From NCBI RefSeq assembly GCF_020885515.1, contig NZ_AP024987.1:1350001-1382000 (forward strand): a stretch of DNA of 32,000 bases, in the 5' to 3' direction. How positions within the stretch are numbered: the stretch's first letter is position 1; each line of letters opens with the position of its first letter. Shown piece by piece: positions 27,641-32,000 of the stretch. This stretch comes from a cyanobacterium endosymbiont of Braarudosphaera bigelowii. GTDB taxonomy: Bacteria; Cyanobacteriota; Cyanobacteriia; Cyanobacteriales; Microcystaceae. Both the position numbers and the translations under genes were made by a program. The notes beneath the pieces are model-generated. The model did no database searches. It was not told the DNA's origin and worked only from the letters and a program-made list of their open reading frames with translations.

Positions 27641-27707
27641 AGAATATGATTTGTTTTTTTAGCAGCTCTACAATAATCTTCTTATAGTATAGAAATACGT
27701 TAAAAAA

Positions 27708-29597
27708 TTAGTGTAATGAAGCTAAGGCATCTTGAATCGTTTTGTTATAAATTATTCGTCCTGCAGTAGTACGAATAAACTGAGAAAGATTTTCTCCATT
27801 TAGTTCTCTAACTTTACGTTCTCTGTAATATTTGATTATACTACCATCCTCAGAGGTTTCTGTTTTTATTACTTCTTTATCTGGTTTGTCTGTAACAATC
27901 TCTTCATAAGGATCTTCACAACGAAGCCAAATATAAGCATGTAAATCAATATTACCTTGTTCATAGGCTTTAATAGCATCTTCAAAATTGGCGAAATATC
28001 TTCCTCCTCCTTGCTGAGCTTCAGGGTTTTCTGCTGTAAGGTAATAACATCCGAGGACCATATCTTGCGAAGGAGCAACTATAGGGGCTCCTGTTGCTGG
28101 TGATAGGATATTATGGCAAGCTAACATCAATAGTCTTGCCTCTGCTTGAGATTCCAATGATAAAGGAACGTGGACTGCCATTTGATCACCATCAAAATCA
28201 GCATTAAATGCTGGACAAACTAAAGGATGTAGTTGGATAGCTCTTCCTTCAACCAGAATAGGTTCAAATGCTTGAATTCCTAGACGATGTAAAGTAGGAG
28301 CACGGTTAAGCAAAACAGGGTGTCCAGTAATTACTTCTTCTAGAACATTCCAAATACTAGAATCGCCTTTAATAATAAGTTTTTTAGCAGCTTTGATATT
28401 ATTTACTAGGCCTAAGCGAATTAGTCGATGAATAACGAAAGGTTGAAATAACTCAATAGCCATTTCACGAGGTAGTCCACACTGGTAAATTTTTAATTTT
28501 GGACCTACTACGATTACAGAACGACCCGAGTAATCAACCCTCTTCCCTAAGAGATTTTGACGAAAACGACCTTGCTTACCCTCGATTATGTCAGATAAAG
28601 ATTTTAGTGGTCTATTGTTTGCTCCTACTACTGTACGACCTCTCCTTCCATTATCAATTAAAGCGTCAACTGCTTCTTGCAGCATTCGTTTTTCATTTCT
28701 AACAATAATTTCTGGAGCAAGAATTTCTTGAAGTCGAGCTAAACGGTTATTACGGTTAATTACTCTTCGATACAAATCATTTAAATCAGATGTAGCAAAA
28801 CGTCCTCCATCTAGCTGAACCATAGGCCGAAGATCCGGAGGAATTACAGGAATTACTTCTAAAACCATCCACTCAGATAATGATCCAGTAGCAATAAAAT
28901 TATCTATTACCCTTAAGCGTTTAATGAGTTTAGCTCTTTTTTGTCCTTTACTTTGAGTGATCTCTTCTCGAAGTTTTTCTGCTATTTCTTCTAGGTCCAT
29001 TTCTTGAAGTAACCTATGAATAGCTTCTGCGCCAATACCAACTTCTATCCCATACAAATCTGAATCTTCAGCATAAATTTGATCTTCAATTTCAATCCAC
29101 TGTTCTTCAGTTAATAGTTGTTTGTATTGAAGATTGCTAGCATTACCAGGATCTAGGACTACATAAGCATTAAAGTAAACAATTTGCTCTACGTCTTTTA
29201 AAGCCATATCAAGCAAGATGCTCATATAGCTAGGAATTCCTTTCAAATACCATACGTGTGTAACAGGAGCAGCTAACTTTATAAACCCCATACGATGTCT
29301 ACGAACACGTGATTCTGTAACTTCAACACCACAACGTTCACAAACAATACCACGATGACGAACTCTTTTATATTTGCCACACCAACACTCCCAGTCTTTT
29401 GAAGGACCAAAAATCCGTTCACAAAATAGTCCGTCCATCTCTGGTTTCAAAGTTCTGTAATTGATGGTTTCAGGTTTTGTTACCTCTCCAACAGTAGTAC
29501 CATTCGGAAGAGTTCTTTCTCCCCATTGACGGATACGTTCTGGAGAAGCTAATCCAATTTTGACATAGTCAAATCTTGTATCTTGTGCTGGTTTCAT
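27708..29597 (-). CDS. rpoC1: DNA-directed RNA polymerase subunit gamma (N-terminal half of beta-prime, cyanobacterial/plastid split form)
   Basis: 629 aa with the zinc motif [20 protein letters not shown] and the catalytic [12 protein letters not shown]. It ends where cyanobacterial gamma subunits end, before the rpoC2-encoded part. Confidence 0.97.
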   Translation of the reverse strand: MKPAQDTRFDYVKIGLASPERIRQWGERTLPNGTTVGEVTKPETINYRTLKPEMDGLFCERIFGPSKDWECWCGKYKRVRHRGIVCERCGVEVTESRVRRHRMGFIKLAAPVTHVWYLKGIPSYMSILLDMALKDVEQIVYFNAYVVLDPGNASNLQYKQLLTEEQWIEIEDQIYAEDSDLYGIEVGIGAEAIHRLLQEMDLEEIAEKLREEITQSKGQKRAKLIKRLRVIDNFIATGSLSEWMVLEVIPVIPPDLRPMVQLDGGRFATSDLNDLYRRVINRNNRLARLQEILAPEIIVRNEKRMLQEAVDALIDNGRRGRTVVGANNRPLKSLSDIIEGKQGRFRQNLLGKRVDYSGRSVIVVGPKLKIYQCGLPREMAIELFQPFVIHRLIRLGLVNNIKAAKKLIIKGDSSIWNVLEEVITGHPVLLNRAPTLHRLGIQAFEPILVEGRAIQLHPLVCPAFNADFDGDQMAVHVPLSLESQAEARLLMLACHNILSPATGAPIVAPSQDMVLGCYYLTAENPEAQQGGGRYFANFEDAIKAYEQGNIDLHAYIWLRCEDPYEEIVTDKPDKEVIKTETSEDGSIIKYYRERKVRELNGENLSQFIRTTAGRIIYNKTIQDALASLH

Positions 29598-30168
29598 GTT
29601 TGATGATTTTAAAAATATAAAATTTTTTTCCTATCTCTACTAATTACTGTACAGTTAATTTTGTAAAAGATTCAGTAATATAATAGAGAGAAATTAATAG
29701 CAGTTAAAAATAAACTCAAGACTTTAAAGTAAAATAACGAATATTAATTTTTGTACTTAATACAATGAAATTTTTGGTATTTACTTTTATTAGAAATCTC
29801 AGAAATAATCAGCTTTTACACTAAAAGGCCTTAATATCAATTGTAATTTCTATTAAAAACCTCCATTTTCAGTTTATTTTTTAGAATATCTATTAAAAAT
29901 AATACATATCGGATATAAAATTAAATTAGCTTCCTATCATACAGTTTTTTAGCTTTTAGAGCAATATCTTAAGCACTAGTAAGTAGTTAATATTTCTAAT
30001 ATAGACAAAAATATAACCCGTAGACCACATTAAGCTTAATAAATTAGTATTTCAGTACTTAAATACTCAATAAAGTATCAAAATTAAACATTTTAATTTA
30101 TTTTAGTCTAAAACTTTATTTAGAAAATCAAATTGAAGTCGTAATTTTTATTACTTAAAGTATAAAAA

Positions 30169-30831
30169 TTATTGATTCTGAGTTTTAACTATATCTACAC
30201 CATGAGAAGTACCTATGCGACTTGCACCTAACTTAACTAATTCTAAAGCTTGTTCAAATGTATGAATACCTCCAGAAGCTTTAATCCCCATTTTACCGCT
30301 ACAAATTTTATGTAGATATTCGATATCAATTTTTGTAATGCCTCCGAACCATCCAGTGTTAGTCTCTAAATATTTAGCTCCTGCATCTGCACAAATATCA
30401 GAGGCTAACTTCTTTTCTGCATTTGTTAATAAATTACTTTCTAAAACTATTTTAATTATCCTTTTTGTAGTTTCACATATTGATGATATTTCATCATAAA
30501 TAAATCTTGAATTACCTAATTTTAATTCTCCCAGATTTATCATAATGTTCAATTCATTAGCACCATTATCTGTTGCTTCTTGTGCTTCATAAAGTTTAAC
30601 AGATGAAGTAGTAGCTCCTGAAGGAAAACCAATTACTGTAGATATTGAAGTTTTGGTTCCATGAAGTAAATGTACTACCTGAGGAACGAAATGAGGATAT
30701 ACACACACACTAGGAAATTGAAAGTATTGAGCTTCATCACATAATGTTTTAATTTCTTCATAAGTTGAGTTAGGATTGAGTGATGAATGTTCAATATAGT
30801 TAGCAATATTAATATTTAATTCAGATTTCAT
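30169..30831 (-). CDS. deoC: Deoxyribose-phosphate aldolase
   Basis: 220 aa. IEHSSLNP near the N-terminus, the class I aldolase lysine context (KIVLE... and GIKASGGI) and a TIM-barrel length typical of DeoC. Confidence 0.85.
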   Translation of the reverse strand: MKSELNINIANYIEHSSLNPNSTYEEIKTLCDEAQYFQFPSVCVYPHFVPQVVHLLHGTKTSISTVIGFPSGATTSSVKLYEAQEATDNGANELNIMINLGELKLGNSRFIYDEISSICETTKRIIKIVLESNLLTNAEKKLASDICADAGAKYLETNTGWFGGITKIDIEYLHKICSGKMGIKASGGIHTFEQALELVKLGASRIGTSHGVDIVKTQNQ

Positions 30832-31347
30832 GTTCTTTATTTCTACAAAAATTTATTAACTCAATTATCTAAATTGTAGTTTAAAAAAGCATGTGTTTCA
30901 TAAGATATAAAAATGATATTTATCAGAATATAATTTCTCTAAGAAACATTAACTTTTAATAATGTTGAATAAGATTCAACAATTTAATTTTTCAAAGGTC
31001 ATCACTTCTTAAGTACATATTAGAGCTTTTAATTCAATTAATTTTGTAGAGAATTGTTACTCATATAGAGTAAAGTTTATTTAGAGTTAGTAGCGTGTCA
31101 TTCTCTTAAAAATTTCATACTTCTAAAGATAATAAAATTGTCTCTAAATATACTTTTTTCTAATAATCTTATTTATTAATACTATTACAATATTTATATA
31201 AAGTTTTTGAGTTTTAGTAGTTGCATTATATTGCTAGAATCTTGGTACTTATAACATTAAATTACCTAATATTAACTAAAAGCTACAAATAGTAAGTATG
31301 TTTATAAGCTCTAAAACGAATATAAAGTTACTTTTTTGTATATACTT

Positions 31348-31530
31348 TTACACAATATTTAAACACTGGAAATAGGCAAGGTTAAGTTTACTGTTATCGA
31401 AGATGAAACTTATTGGAGCTGGTATTAGTAAATCAGATGTTATAAATGAACGTGCGATCATTACAAATAGAGAAATAACAAAAATAAGAAGAATTAAAAA
31501 AGGAGCTATATATTCTCGAAAAAACTGCAT
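31348..31530 (-). CDS. Possible small single-pass membrane protein (60 aa), unsupported by homology
   Basis: ATG start and a hydrophobic helix, FLILLIFVISLFVMIA. It sits in an otherwise empty 860-bp stretch. It could equally be a chance ORF. Confidence 0.2.
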   Translation of the reverse strand: MQFFREYIAPFLILLIFVISLFVMIARSFITSDLLIPAPISFIFDNSKLNLAYFQCLNIV

Positions 31531-31566
31531 AAAAACTTTTATCTTTAGTATATTACCAAATTATAT

Positions 31567-31598
31567 CAGATTTTTTTCAACTGATTGAAAAAAATCTG
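31567..31598 (-). terminator. Perfect 14-bp hairpin downstream of the partial histidine kinase gene
   Basis: CAGATTTTTTTCAA, loop CTGA, TTGAAAAAAATCTG, checked base by base. It lies 95 nt after the kinase stop, and on the minus strand it is followed by ATATAATTTGG. Confidence 0.45.
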
Positions 31599-31693
31599 GC
31601 AATTGGTACTAGGAATAAATACAGGAAAAATTGTAAAGAATACTATTTTAAACAATTAATTTTATACTTTTACCAAAATCAATACTTGTAAAA

Positions 31694-32000
31694 TCAATTT
31701 GTTCTATACCTTGAATCTTTTAGAGATAACCATACTATAAATTGTGTCCCTTTATTATTTTGAAAATCAATTGGACTCAATAACTCAATCGTTCCATTCA
31801 TTTTATCAACTAGTTCTTTGACAATTGATAAGCCTAAGCCGTTGCCTAGAATACTTTCTTGTGTTTTTGCTCCTCTATAATGTCGCTCAAAAATATATGG
31901 TTGATCTTCCGTAGAAATACCTAAGCCTGTATCTTGTATACAAATACCTTGATACTGTTTATTGTCAATGATTTTAAATAAACCTAGCCTAATATCTATT
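31694..32000 (-). CDS. Sensor histidine kinase, C-terminal HATPase_c portion only (gene continues beyond the window)
   Basis: Hand translation of the minus strand from 31999 gives IDIRLGLFKIIDNKQYQGICIQDTGLGISTEDQPYIFERHYRGAKTQESILGNGLGLSIVKELVDKMNGTIELLSPIDFQNNKGTQFIVWLSLKDSRYRTN, stopping at TGA 31694-31696. G1 (DTGLGI), F (IFERHYRG) and G2 (GNGLGLSIV) boxes are present. The ORF track missed it because it is truncated by the window edge. Confidence 0.8.
   Translation of the reverse strand, partial: IDIRLGLFKIIDNKQYQGICIQDTGLGISTEDQPYIFERHYRGAKTQESILGNGLGLSIVKELVDKMNGTIELLSPIDFQNNKGTQFIVWLSLKDSRYRTN

Noticed and set aside
27274-27707. Possible rpoC2 remnant downstream of rpoC1, and rpoB remnant in 29598-30168
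   Set aside because: Reading the frames by eye shows only stop-dense AT-rich sequence with no RNA-polymerase-like peptides. A tblastx would be needed to exclude heavily eroded traces.
27869-28702. ORF-track entries 27869-28078 (-) and 28499-28702 (+) inside rpoC1
   Set aside because: They are out of frame with or antisense to one of the most conserved genes in the window, so independent coding is implausible.
31403-31588. 61-aa plus-strand ORF antisense to the 60-aa membrane ORF
   Set aside because: It gives a Lys/Arg/Ile-rich low-complexity translation, runs into the left arm of the 14-bp hairpin and has no SD. At most one of the two overlapping ORFs can be real, and this one looks less protein-like.

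Overview
This is an AT-rich (roughly 30% G+C by eye, not computed) chromosomal segment of a cyanobacterium. It carries the ndhA-ndhI-ndhG-ndhE operon, the split RNA polymerase gamma-subunit gene rpoC1, accD, mutS2, ald and deoC. It also has three tRNAs: Val-UAC, Leu-UAG, and Glu-UUC with the plastid/cyanobacterial G1-U72 pair. Other content: two sensor histidine kinases (one partial), part of a peptide-type ABC importer, a UPF0182 membrane protein, and a compact six-gene sugar locus (Fcl-like SDR, gmhA, gmhB, three GT-B glycosyltransferases). My CDS calls sum to about 26 kb of 32 kb (~82%) and all genes look intact. Several spacers of 430-860 bp are stop-dense AT-rich DNA. With the composition, this suggests a streamlined or reduced cyanobacterial genome (UCYN-A or spheroid-body-like; inference only). 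I see no CRISPR array, transposase, integrase, phage, toxin-antitoxin or recognisable defence genes. I did not find a convincing wholly novel multi-gene system. The best follow-up candidates are: (1) the heptose-type glycan locus, which lacks its activating enzymes and contains a very divergent GT-B protein; (2) an orphan DICT-GAF kinase with a Cys-substituted GAF strand behind a ~770-bp spacer; (3) a 22-bp perfect hairpin overlapping a predicted tRNA promoter; (4) two adjacent ORFs of unknown function (a tandem degenerate GNAT-like protein and a 120-aa protein).
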